Assembly: GCA_036275835.1 (NCBI GenBank)
Contig: DASUDA010000191.1
Location: forward strand, 263-64,262
DNA length: 64,000 bases
Direction of reading: 5' to 3'
Source: a bacterium
GTDB lineage: Bacteria > Sysuimicrobiota > Sysuimicrobiia > Sysuimicrobiales > Segetimicrobiaceae
In this document: piece after piece, positions 48,552-57,346 of the stretch
Layout: each line of letters starts with the position of its first letter
How positions within the stretch are numbered: the first letter of the stretch is position 1
Made by a program: the position numbers and the translations under genes
Notes under the pieces: model-generated
Told to the model about the DNA's origin: nothing
The model's input: the letters and a program-made list of their open reading frames with translations, nothing else
Database searches by the model: none

Positions 48552-50936
48552 TCAGCGCGCTTTGCCGGAGCGCACGAGAGGCTCCCCGGGGCGACCTGCC
48601 GGCATGAGCTCGGCCGCCTCGATCTCCTGGGGTGTGATCCTGCTGCGCCGGTTCATGGCGACGGCCCCGGCCATAAAGAGAAGGGCGGCCGCCACGATGG
48701 CGACCCGCACGCTCCCGCCGAGCGGGGCGATCGCCACCGGAGCGATGAGAATGCTGACGAGATTCATGACCTTGATCAGCGGGTTGAGGGCCGGGCCGGC
48801 CGTATCCTTCAGCGGGTCCCCCACGGTATCGCCGATGACCCCCGCCTTGTGGAACTCCGTGCCTTTGCCGCCCAGAAAGCCGTCCTCGATCTTCTTTTTG
48901 GCGTTATCCCAGGCGCCCCCGGTGTTGGCCATGAACACGGCCAGGAGCTGGCCCGTCAGGATCGCGCCGGCGAGGAAGGCCCCCAGGGGGGCGGCCCCGA
49001 GCCCCATCGCCACCATGATCGGCGCCGCGATCGCGACGACCGCGGGGGACAGGAGTTCCCGCTGCGCCGCCCGGGTCACGATATCGACGGTCCGCTGGTA
49101 GTCCGGCCTCGCCGTCCCCTCCATGATCCCGGGGATCTCGCGGAACTGCCGGCGGACCTCCTCGACCACGTCAAACGCCGACCGCCCCACGGCGCGGATC
49201 AGGAACGCGGAGACGAGGAACGGAACGGCGCCGCCGAGCAAGAGCCCGATGAAGATCAGGGGCAGGTTGACCTGGATCCCCACGCGGGTGAGCGCTTCCG
49301 CCGCCGCGGTCCCGCCCTGGGCCAGAGCCTGGCCGAAGCTTTCCGCCGACGGGAGGAGATGGGCCTGGTCCACGAACGACCGGAACAGCGCCGTTGCCGC
49401 GATCACCGCGGTGGCGATCGCAAACCCCTTCGTCAGCGCCTTCGTCGTATTGCCGGCCTGGTCCAGATGGGCGACGATCCGGCCGGCCCGTGAGCCCTCG
49501 CCCCGTTCCACGCCCGACATCTCGAAGATTCCGTTCGCGTTGTCCACGATCGGCCCGTAGGTGTCCATCGCCAGAATGTATCCGGTCATTGTGAGGAGGC
49601 CGAGCCCGGCCAGGGCGACCCCGTATCCGGCCAGCGCCAGGTCGCCCTGGAAGATCGTATACGAGGCCAGGATCGTGGCGCTGATCGCCAGGATCGCCCA
49701 CACGGAGGACTCCAGCCCGTACCCCAGACCGGACAGGAGAAACGTCGCAGGGCCCGTCTTGGTGGAGTACGCCATCTCCGTCACCGGGCGCTTGTTCGGG
49801 GACGTGAACTGGTCCGTCAGCCACTTGATGACGAGGGCCAGCGCGAGTCCGGTGAGGATCGCGAACGAGAACCTCCAGTCGGGGGTGCCGGTCCGCGGGT
49901 CGGTCAGGTAGAAGGCGTTGACCAGGCCGACCCCCGCGACCGCGGCGACGGCGGAGATCCACAGCCCGCGCGTGATGGGCCCCATCGCGTTTTCCGTCTC
50001 GCCGGGCCCGGCCCGGACTGACCATGTCCCCACGATCGATGCGAACACGCCGACGGCCTGGACGAGAAGCGGGAACAGGATCAGCTTGAGGGCGACCGCC
50101 GGTGCCGCCGGTCCGTACAGCCGCTGGAAATGAGGATCGAGCAGGGCCCCGGCGCCCAGGATGATCGCCGCGACGAGCGTGACCTCGTACGACTCGAAGA
50201 CGTCCGCGGCCATTCCGGCGCAATCTCCGACGTTATCGCCCACATTGTCGGCGATCGTGGCTGCGTTGCGGGGATCATCCTCCGGAATGCCCACTTCGAC
50301 CTTGCCCACCAGGTCGGCTCCCACGTCGGCCACCTTGGTGTAGATCCCGCCGCCGACGCGCATGAATGAGGCGACGAGCGATCCGCCGAACCCAAAGCCG
50401 ATCAGCACCCGGGTCGCGTCTCCCCGGAAGAGCACGAAGATGATCGTCGCGCCGAGGAGCCCCAAACCCACCGTGAACATCCCCGAGACGGTGCCGGCCT
50501 GGAATGCGGTCTCCAGCGCTTCCTTGAAGCTGTGCGTCGCGGCATAGGCCGTCCGCACGTTCCCGCGAACAGCCAGATTCATCCCGACGAAACCGGCCCC
50601 GTAACTCGCCAGGCACCCCATCAGAAACGCCAGGGCGACTCCGATCGCGAGGGTCGGGCTGGCGTTCATCGTCCGATACAGAACGAAGAGGGCGAGGGTG
50701 ATGAGGGCGATGAACACAGACATCGTGCGAAACTGCCGTCCCAAGTAGGCGGCCGCCCCCTCCTGAATCGCTGCGGCAACGGCCTGCATGGACGGCGGCC
50801 CGGGATCGCGCCGGAGCACGCGCACGCTCAGCACCCACCCGTAGGCCAGCGCCGCCGCGGCGGTCCCCAGAACAAGCCATAGCAGCAGGGTCTCAACCCC
50901 GCCGAACAAGGGGAGGGTCACGCTCGATTCGCTCAT
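48552..50936 (-). CDS. hppA: Membrane-bound proton-translocating pyrophosphatase (H+-PPase / V-PPase)
   Basis: 794 aa and highly hydrophobic, with H+-PPase signature regions ([40 protein letters not shown]-like, [16 protein letters not shown]). Confidence 0.9.
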   Translation of the reverse strand: [794 protein letters not shown]

Positions 50937-51002
50937 TCAGAACCCCCCTGCAGAAGCCCCTCTGGAGAACGCTTGAGATCTTCTAGGGCGCGCGGCGCCC
51001 CC

Positions 51003-51032
51003 ATCATATCAGAGTCCCGAGTCGCCCTTCAA
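51003..51032 (-). promoter_or_regulatory. Candidate promoter for hppA (TTGAAG, 18-nt spacer, TATGAT, with a TG extension)
   Basis: The reverse complement reads cTTGAAGggcgactcgggactcTGaTATGATggggg, about 60 nt upstream of the hppA start. Confidence 0.35.
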
Positions 51033-51050
51033 GGAGAACGCGCCCTGGAA

Positions 51051-51075
51051 GGCCGGAAAATGCGCGTTTTCAGGC
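51051..51075. promoter_or_regulatory. Inverted repeat GGCCgGAAAAtgcgcgTTTTCaGGCC immediately after the DUF192 stop and upstream of the hppA -35
   Basis: Read directly as a 9-bp interrupted palindrome. It has no clean U-tract. It could be a weak terminator or an operator. Confidence 0.3.
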
Positions 51076-51078
51076 CAA

Positions 51079-51597
51079 TCAGGGGCCCTTGGCCGGATCC
51101 GGGAGGAAACTGATCTGAGCGCCCGCGTCGATCCCGTGCTGGGCGAAGAACCCCTGGTTGACCTCCAGGGCGTAGCGGTAGGGGCGGGGAGGGGCGTAGA
51201 GTGCCACGGGATTGGCCGGGTCGGGCTCGACTTTCATGTCCATCATGCTCACGATGTGCCAGCCGGAGTCGATGAAGGCGATCGACAGCGGGATGAGGGT
51301 GTCCTTCATCCAGAACGCCCCTTTTGTGGCGTCGGCAAATGCGAACAGCATCCCAGCGTCCGGCTCGAGCGTCGTCCGGCACATCAGCCCGTACTCCTGA
51401 GTGTCATGTGTGTCGGCGATTTCGACGCGGACCTGTGTGGTCTGCCCGGCCTCGGTAAACGTCACAATTCCGTGCTTGTAGGGAAACGACAGCGCCTGGC
51501 AGGGGCCGTCTGCCGATCCCGGGCCGGCGCCGAGAAGCGCCGCCACGACTGCCGCCGCGCCTGTTGCGACTACCGCCGCCACCCTCTGCATGCGCAT
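51079..51597 (-). CDS. DUF192 domain protein with an N-terminal signal/anchor
   Basis: A hydrophobic N-terminus and DUF192-like core (VEIADTHDTQEYGLM..LEPDAGMLFAF). Confidence 0.6.
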   Translation of the reverse strand: MRMQRVAAVVATGAAAVVAALLGAGPGSADGPCQALSFPYKHGIVTFTEAGQTTQVRVEIADTHDTQEYGLMCRTTLEPDAGMLFAFADATKGAFWMKDTLIPLSIAFIDSGWHIVSMMDMKVEPDPANPVALYAPPRPYRYALEVNQGFFAQHGIDAGAQISFLPDPAKGP

Positions 51598-51669
51598 ACC
51601 GCGCCTCCGTCCCTGCGTCCGAGCCCCACGCGCATCCGCGTGCCGCGCGGCGCCTGTGACGCGCCGTTT

Positions 51670-53238
51670 CTACCGGGCCAGGGCCTCCAGCCACCCCAGG
51701 ATTCGCGGGACGGCGGGGTTGTCGACCGCCACTTCGACGTCGAGATGAGTATACTCCGGCAGATACTCCATGCTCACCTCCTGAGGCGGCGTGGCGATCC
51801 GGCGGAGGTAAAAGACGGTCTCGCCGGAGTTGCGGATCAGGCCGTGCCCTGCTCCGATGATCAGGAGCGGGAGCGAGGTGTACCTCACCTGGGTCAGGCT
51901 GAGGTATTGGCGGGCAAAGGGATCGCTTGTGTCGAGGCCGGCGCCGAGGCCGATATCAAGGACCAGCCGCCAGGGCACATACCACTGGGTGAAATCTCCT
52001 CCCGGCCGCAGGATCGCCTCCTCGAGCATCCGCAGGTCCACACGCCCGCGCGGAATGCTCCTGTCGTAAGGAATCCAGCGGATGAGCGTGTCCCCCGGAG
52101 CTGGCTGCCCGCTCCGGAGATCCAGCAGTCCCCCGGGGGCGATGCCCTCCGGATCTGGAATATGCTGGAAGACCCCCCGCGGACTGCCGACCCCCGTGCG
52201 GATAAAGAGATCCGACTGCATTTGGTCGGAGAGAATGGCGCCCAGCAGGGCTTCGTTTGTGATCGAGAGGCCCCGTCTCGGTGGGAACGGGAAATAACTG
52301 GCCTCGTCAGGCCGCAGGTACGCGTACGCCGCCACCACGTCAAACAGGAGGCTGTCCTCCGTCCGCGCCAGGCTCGAGGTATCGGTAAAGGGGCCGACCC
52401 GCCGGCCGGAATCCGGGGCGACGAGGTCTTCCACTCCGGGGATGCGGCCGACAAATGGGAGGCGGAATCCGCGCGTATACTCCGCCGGCGCCAGGCGCGG
52501 GATGATCCTGAGCGGGAGACCATCCAGCAGCAGGAGGCCCTGGAGATCGTGCGCTCCGGCCTCTTCCGAGGGAGCGGGAACGTCTTTTGCCAGCGGCACG
52601 GGAACCGGGCCCGGGATTCGTCCGAAGTCGTATCCCGCATACATGGCGGCCAGGATTGCGCCCAGCGAGTGGCCCCCGAGGATCACGCGCGTCTCGGGAA
52701 ACCGCCGGCGCACTTCCTGAACGACGGCGCGGATGTCCCGCAGGTGCATGTCGAGCCCCCAGAACGCGGCGTACCCCGCGGCGTTCCTGTCGAGCCGATG
52801 AAACGTCTGGCCGTCGATCGGCATCCTGCCGAAGTAGTAGGCGAGCGCGAAATCGGGATGATGATAGTCCAGCGCGGCCTCGACGCCCCGCCGGTCCTGC
52901 AGGAGGCTGGGGCGCGATTCGACGACCCACACCTCCAGCGTGCGCCCGCGGGCGACGAGCGCCCGAGCGAGAAGGTCGAGCGTGTTCGGCCCGGAGTTCA
53001 GTCCCGGGATGAGCACCAGGCCGGTGCGGGGGTCCGGGGACCCCGGGATGTAATAGCGGAAGGCTCGGATCCGGTTGAGCAGGGCGGGTGTGTGAGGCTC
53101 GTCGAGGCCCTCAAGCACGATGTGCTCGCGCGTGACGCTCTCGGCGGAGGCGGCGCCGCGCGCCGGTTCCGTCACGCCGACGGGCGCCGTCGCGCAGACG
53201 ATCAGGAGCAGCACTCCTGCAGGGGGAAGGCGGCTCAT
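51670..53238 (-). CDS. Secreted alpha/beta hydrolase (lipase/esterase-like)
   Basis: Signal peptide MSRLPPAGVLLLIVCATAPVGV and the nucleophile elbow GGHSLGA. I chose the internal ATG at 53238 from within the 592-aa track ORF. Confidence 0.65.
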   Translation of the reverse strand: MSRLPPAGVLLLIVCATAPVGVTEPARGAASAESVTREHIVLEGLDEPHTPALLNRIRAFRYYIPGSPDPRTGLVLIPGLNSGPNTLDLLARALVARGRTLEVWVVESRPSLLQDRRGVEAALDYHHPDFALAYYFGRMPIDGQTFHRLDRNAAGYAAFWGLDMHLRDIRAVVQEVRRRFPETRVILGGHSLGAILAAMYAGYDFGRIPGPVPVPLAKDVPAPSEEAGAHDLQGLLLLDGLPLRIIPRLAPAEYTRGFRLPFVGRIPGVEDLVAPDSGRRVGPFTDTSSLARTEDSLLFDVVAAYAYLRPDEASYFPFPPRRGLSITNEALLGAILSDQMQSDLFIRTGVGSPRGVFQHIPDPEGIAPGGLLDLRSGQPAPGDTLIRWIPYDRSIPRGRVDLRMLEEAILRPGGDFTQWYVPWRLVLDIGLGAGLDTSDPFARQYLSLTQVRYTSLPLLIIGAGHGLIRNSGETVFYLRRIATPPQEVSMEYLPEYTHLDVEVAVDNPAVPRILGWLEALAR

Positions 53239-53281
53239 AGGTCGGTCTACACAAGACAAATACGTTTGGGGTGGACAGGAA

Positions 53282-54556
53282 ATGCCCTGCCTGGCCGCGA
53301 ACCGACAGTCCTCCGTGACCGAGTTCGACGTCATCGTCGTGGGAGCGGGTCCAGCCGGCTCCGAGGCGGCGCGCGCGTCTGCGCGGGCCGGGCTGCGCAC
53401 CCTGGTGGTGGAGGAGCACGGCTCCGTCGGAGCGCCGAGCCACTGCACGGGTAAGCTGTCACATCACGCCTTCCGCGAGTTCGATCTGCCCGCGGCCCTC
53501 GCCCAGAACGCGGTGAGCGCTGCGGTGTTCCACTCGCCCGGCGGCGTCTCCGTCCGCCTGCGGCGGGCGGCCGTGGATTCCTACGTCGTGGATCGCGTCG
53601 CCTTCGACCGGTGGCTCGCGGCCCGTGCCGCGGACGCAGGTGCCCGCGTGCTCACGGGTATCCGCATCGTGCACGCAGAGCGGGAGAACGGCAGAATGGT
53701 CGTCCGCGGCCAGCGCCGCGGGCGGCGCGAGGAGACGTTCGTCGCGCGGTGCCGGCTCATCATCGACGCGGAAGGCGCCTCTCCGCGCCTGCCGGGCACG
53801 CTGGGCGTTCGCCTGCCGCGCCGGTACGCGCTCGGCCTGCAGTACGAGATGCGGGGCGTTGGCGCGCTTATCCCGGATACCCCCGAGACGTTTTTCGGCA
53901 GTGAGGTGGCCCCGGGATTCTTCGCCTGGCTGATGCCGGTGGGCGGAAGTCGCGCCCGCGTGGGACTATGCGTAGATCCCCGACTGACCCGGCGCGCTCC
54001 GGTCTGGTACCTCGAGCGTCTCCTCGCCACTCACCCGGCGCTCCGGGACCGGGTGGCCGGAGCGGTGGTGGAACAGAAGGTCGCGGGCCGGATCCCCCTG
54101 CTGACGGCGCGATTCACGGCCGGCACAGACGGGATGGTTGTGGTCGGGGATGCCGCCGGCCAGGTCAAGGCCACGTCGGGCGGAGGCATCTACTTTGCGA
54201 TGATCGCCGGCCGCATCGCGGGCGAGGTGGCGGGTCGGTCCGCCGCGAGGGAGCGGACGGCCGCGGCCGCGTACGAACGGCGATGGCGGCAATACCTCGG
54301 GCGTGAGGTCGCGTTCACGGCGTTCGGCCGGCATGCGATCAATCGGCTCTCCGACGGTGAACTGGATCTGATCCTGCGTCTGATCGCCGAGAGCCCGCGC
54401 ATTCGGGCCAGTATCGAGGCTGCGGGCGACACACAGTTTCAGTCGCGCGTCTTCCTTCCGCTCCTGCGCGGTCTGGCGGCCGTCGGGCTTCGCCGGCCGG
54501 CCGTGATTCCCCTCGTCGGGAAGGCGCTTCTCCAGGGGATGCTGGCGCAGGTGTAA
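53282..54556 (+). CDS. Geranylgeranyl reductase family FAD-dependent oxidoreductase
   Basis: DVIVVGAGPAGSEAAR dinucleotide motif and a GGR-family pattern (VVGDAAGQVKATSGGGIYFA). The ATG at 53282 is only 43 nt from the divergent hydrolase start. Confidence 0.8.
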   Translation: MPCLAANRQSSVTEFDVIVVGAGPAGSEAARASARAGLRTLVVEEHGSVGAPSHCTGKLSHHAFREFDLPAALAQNAVSAAVFHSPGGVSVRLRRAAVDSYVVDRVAFDRWLAARAADAGARVLTGIRIVHAERENGRMVVRGQRRGRREETFVARCRLIIDAEGASPRLPGTLGVRLPRRYALGLQYEMRGVGALIPDTPETFFGSEVAPGFFAWLMPVGGSRARVGLCVDPRLTRRAPVWYLERLLATHPALRDRVAGAVVEQKVAGRIPLLTARFTAGTDGMVVVGDAAGQVKATSGGGIYFAMIAGRIAGEVAGRSAARERTAAAAYERRWRQYLGREVAFTAFGRHAINRLSDGELDLILRLIAESPRIRASIEAAGDTQFQSRVFLPLLRGLAAVGLRRPAVIPLVGKALLQGMLAQV

Positions 54557-54652
54557 GGCGCTACACTCGCATTTCCCGCTGGGTGCTTTCGGACACCTTT
54601 GATGAGAGGAGTGCGGGCGTCAAAACGGAAAATCTCCGTTGAGGAAGGTTTG

Positions 54653-55999
54653 ATGATGCAACCGGAGACGAAATACGCGCGCAGCGGAGAGATTCGCGTT
54701 GCCTACCAGGTGACCGGTGAAGGGCCGGTCGACCTGGTGTGGGCTCCCGGGACCGCATCGCACCTCGATCTTGATTGGGATTTCCCCGCCAAGGCCAGGT
54801 TCATTCGAAGCCTCAGCTCGTTCTGCCGGCTCGTTCGGTTTGATAAGCGCGGGACCGGGCTCTCCGACCGTCCGCGCAGTGTCTCGACACTGGAGGAGCG
54901 CACGGACGACATCCGCGCGGTGATGGACGCGGTGGGCAGCGAGCGAGCCGCGCTTTTTGGCGTTTCGGAAGGCGCGTCGATGGCGTGCCTGTTCGCCGCG
55001 ACGTACCCACAGCGAGTTCATTCGCTCATTGTGTGGGGTGGTCAGGCTCGTTGGGTGCAGGCTGAAGACTATCCATGGGGCCTGAGCCCGAAAGCGCACG
55101 CTCAAATGATCGCGGACCTTCGTGAAAACGGGGTCACGCTCGAGTACCTCACGGGCTCGGGGGCAGGTCTGGGCCGTCGTGTCGATCCCGCGTTCCTTGA
55201 CTGGTTTCTTCGCTATTGCCGGTCGGCGGCGAGCCCGTCCGCCGCGGCGGCCCTGGAGGAGATGAACGGTCAGATCGATATCCGCAATATCTTGCCGACC
55301 ATCCGGGTACCGACGCTGGTGATGAACCGGACTGAAGATCCGGGCGCGCACATCGAGGCGGCCCGCGCGCTCGCGGCCTGTATCCCGGGCGCCAAGTTTG
55401 CGGAGTTCCCGGGCGCGACGCACTCGATGTTCTCGATCGAGCCCGAGCGCGTGCTTGCCGAAATCGAGGAGTTTGTAACTGGGACCCGCGCAGTTGCCAT
55501 GGCAGACCGGTTTCTTGCCTCGGTGCTCTTTCTCGACATCGTGGGATCGACCGAGCGGGCGGCCCAACTCGGAGACGCCGACTGGCGAGATCTCCTGGAG
55601 CGCTACCGCGCGGTCGTCCGTCGCCACCTCGCTGAGTTTGACGGGACCGAGGTGGACATGGCGGGAGATGGGCTCTTCGCCAGGTTTGATGGCCCTACGC
55701 GCGCCATCCGGTGCGCCTGCGCGATCAGCCGCGCCGTTCGCTCCATGGGGATTGAGGTCAGGGCCGGAGTGCACACCGGTGAGGTCGAACGGATGGGTGA
55801 TCAGGTACGCGGGATCGCGGTGCACATCGGAGCGCGGGTCATGGAACGGGCCGGGCCGGGAGAAGTGGTGGCGTCCAGAACCGTCAAGGATCTCGTAGCA
55901 GGGGCGGGTATTCGATTTGCGGACCGAGGCCCGCATGCCCTCAAAGGCATTTCCGAGGAGTGGCAATTGTTCGTCGTGGTGCAGAACGACATGGAGTGA
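54653..55999 (+). CDS. Alpha/beta-hydrolase domain fused to a class III adenylate/guanylate cyclase domain
   Basis: The N-terminal half has hydrolase-fold blocks (VWAPGTASH, GVSEGASM). The C-terminal half has the cyclase pattern (VLFLDIVGSTERA...EVDMAGDGLFARFDG...GVHTGEVE). The RBS GAGGAAGG precedes ATG 54653. Confidence 0.8.
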   Translation: MMQPETKYARSGEIRVAYQVTGEGPVDLVWAPGTASHLDLDWDFPAKARFIRSLSSFCRLVRFDKRGTGLSDRPRSVSTLEERTDDIRAVMDAVGSERAALFGVSEGASMACLFAATYPQRVHSLIVWGGQARWVQAEDYPWGLSPKAHAQMIADLRENGVTLEYLTGSGAGLGRRVDPAFLDWFLRYCRSAASPSAAAALEEMNGQIDIRNILPTIRVPTLVMNRTEDPGAHIEAARALAACIPGAKFAEFPGATHSMFSIEPERVLAEIEEFVTGTRAVAMADRFLASVLFLDIVGSTERAAQLGDADWRDLLERYRAVVRRHLAEFDGTEVDMAGDGLFARFDGPTRAIRCACAISRAVRSMGIEVRAGVHTGEVERMGDQVRGIAVHIGARVMERAGPGEVVASRTVKDLVAGAGIRFADRGPHALKGISEEWQLFVVVQNDME

Positions 56000-56003
56000 T
56001 CAT

Positions 56004-56025
56004 CGCGGGGAGGAGAATCCCCGCG
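56004..56025 (+). terminator. Hairpin CGCGGGGA-ggagaa-TCCCCGCG directly after the cyclase stop; a weak terminator candidate
   Basis: An 8-bp perfect stem is present. The downstream tract is only moderately T-rich (tagcacgaatcttgattc). Confidence 0.3.
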
Positions 56026-56043
56026 TAGCACGAATCTTGATTC

Positions 56044-57285
56044 ATGCGCATCATCGCGGATCTCCACCTCCACTCGAAGTTCAGCCGGGCGACGAGCAGA
56101 GAGATGGACGTGGAGAACCTCTCCCGGTGGTGCGGCCTCAAAGGGATCACCGTCGTCGGCACCGGCGATTTCACCCACCCCGTGTGGCTGCGGGAGCTCA
56201 AAGCCAAACTCCGCCCGACCGGCCGCGGTCTGTACACATTCGGCACGCAGCACTTCATGCTCACGGTCGAAGTCAGTAACATCTATCCGCAGGGCGGGCG
56301 CCTCCGAAAGATTCACAACATCCTTCTGGCCCCGAGTTTCGAGGTGGTTGACAGGATCAACGCCGTGATGGCGCGGTTCGGCAGCCTCATGGCCGATGGC
56401 CGGCCGACGCTGTCGCTGCCCTGCGACAAATTCGTCGAGTACGTGATGGAGATCTCCCCGGAGTGCGTGGTGATTCCCGCGCACGCGTGGACGCCGTGGT
56501 TCTCCCTGTTCGGCAGCCACTCCGGGTTCGACTCCCTGCGGGAGTGCTTCGGAGATCAAACCCGGCATGTCTGCGCGGCGGAGACGGGCCTCAGCAGCGA
56601 TCCTCCGATGAACTGGCGTCTCTCGCAGCTGGACGCGGTGATGCTGGTGAGCAATTCGGACGCGCATTCGCCGGCGAAGCTGGGCAGAGAGGCCAACGTC
56701 TTCGAGTGCGAACCGGATTACGCGGAGATCACGCGCATTCTCAGGACGCGCGACCGTTCGAAGTTTCTGTATACCATCGAGTTCTTTCCCGAGGAAGGCA
56801 AGTACCACTTCGACGGACATCGGGCATGCCAGCAGCGTCTCTCTCCGCGTGAGACGAGAGCCGCGCGGGGCCAGTGCCCGGCGTGCGGCCGCCCCGTCAC
56901 GGTCGGCGTGATGTCCCGAGTCGAGGAGCTCGCGGATCGCGCGTCCGCGTCTGCGGAGGGACGGGTCCCGTTCCGCCACCTCATCCCTCTCGAGGAAATT
57001 ATCGCTGAAGCCCTGGACACGCAGCCGGGAACCGGGACGGTTCGGGAAGAATACCTCCGTCTCGTTCAGGCGTGCGGCAGCGAATTCGCGGTCCTCCTGG
57101 ACGTTCCTCTCGACGAGCTGTCCCGACATGCGCGCCCTCGCATCGTGGAGGGCCTGCGCCGCGTTCGTGAGGGGCGGGTGGTGATCCGTCCCGGGTATGA
57201 CGGGGTCTTCGGCGAGATCCACATCTTCGAGGGCGCCGGGGAAGAGCCTCGCGTCGAGCAGCCCGCGCAGACGAGCCTCTTCTGA
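56044..57285 (+). CDS. Endonuclease Q (EndoQ)-like PHP-domain nuclease with a Cys4 zinc finger
   Basis: N-terminal DLHLHS...VVGTGDFTHP PHP-type metal site, conserved NSDAHSP, and the CQQ...C...CPACG zinc-finger region. The overall match to archaeal EndoQ is from memory and was not searched. Confidence 0.65.
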   Translation: MRIIADLHLHSKFSRATSREMDVENLSRWCGLKGITVVGTGDFTHPVWLRELKAKLRPTGRGLYTFGTQHFMLTVEVSNIYPQGGRLRKIHNILLAPSFEVVDRINAVMARFGSLMADGRPTLSLPCDKFVEYVMEISPECVVIPAHAWTPWFSLFGSHSGFDSLRECFGDQTRHVCAAETGLSSDPPMNWRLSQLDAVMLVSNSDAHSPAKLGREANVFECEPDYAEITRILRTRDRSKFLYTIEFFPEEGKYHFDGHRACQQRLSPRETRAARGQCPACGRPVTVGVMSRVEELADRASASAEGRVPFRHLIPLEEIIAEALDTQPGTGTVREEYLRLVQACGSEFAVLLDVPLDELSRHARPRIVEGLRRVREGRVVIRPGYDGVFGEIHIFEGAGEEPRVEQPAQTSLF

Positions 57286-57346
57286 GTTGCGGGTCTCCCC
57301 CGCGCGCACGGCGGGCCGGGCCGCACCCCCGCGCCGCCCCACCGTT

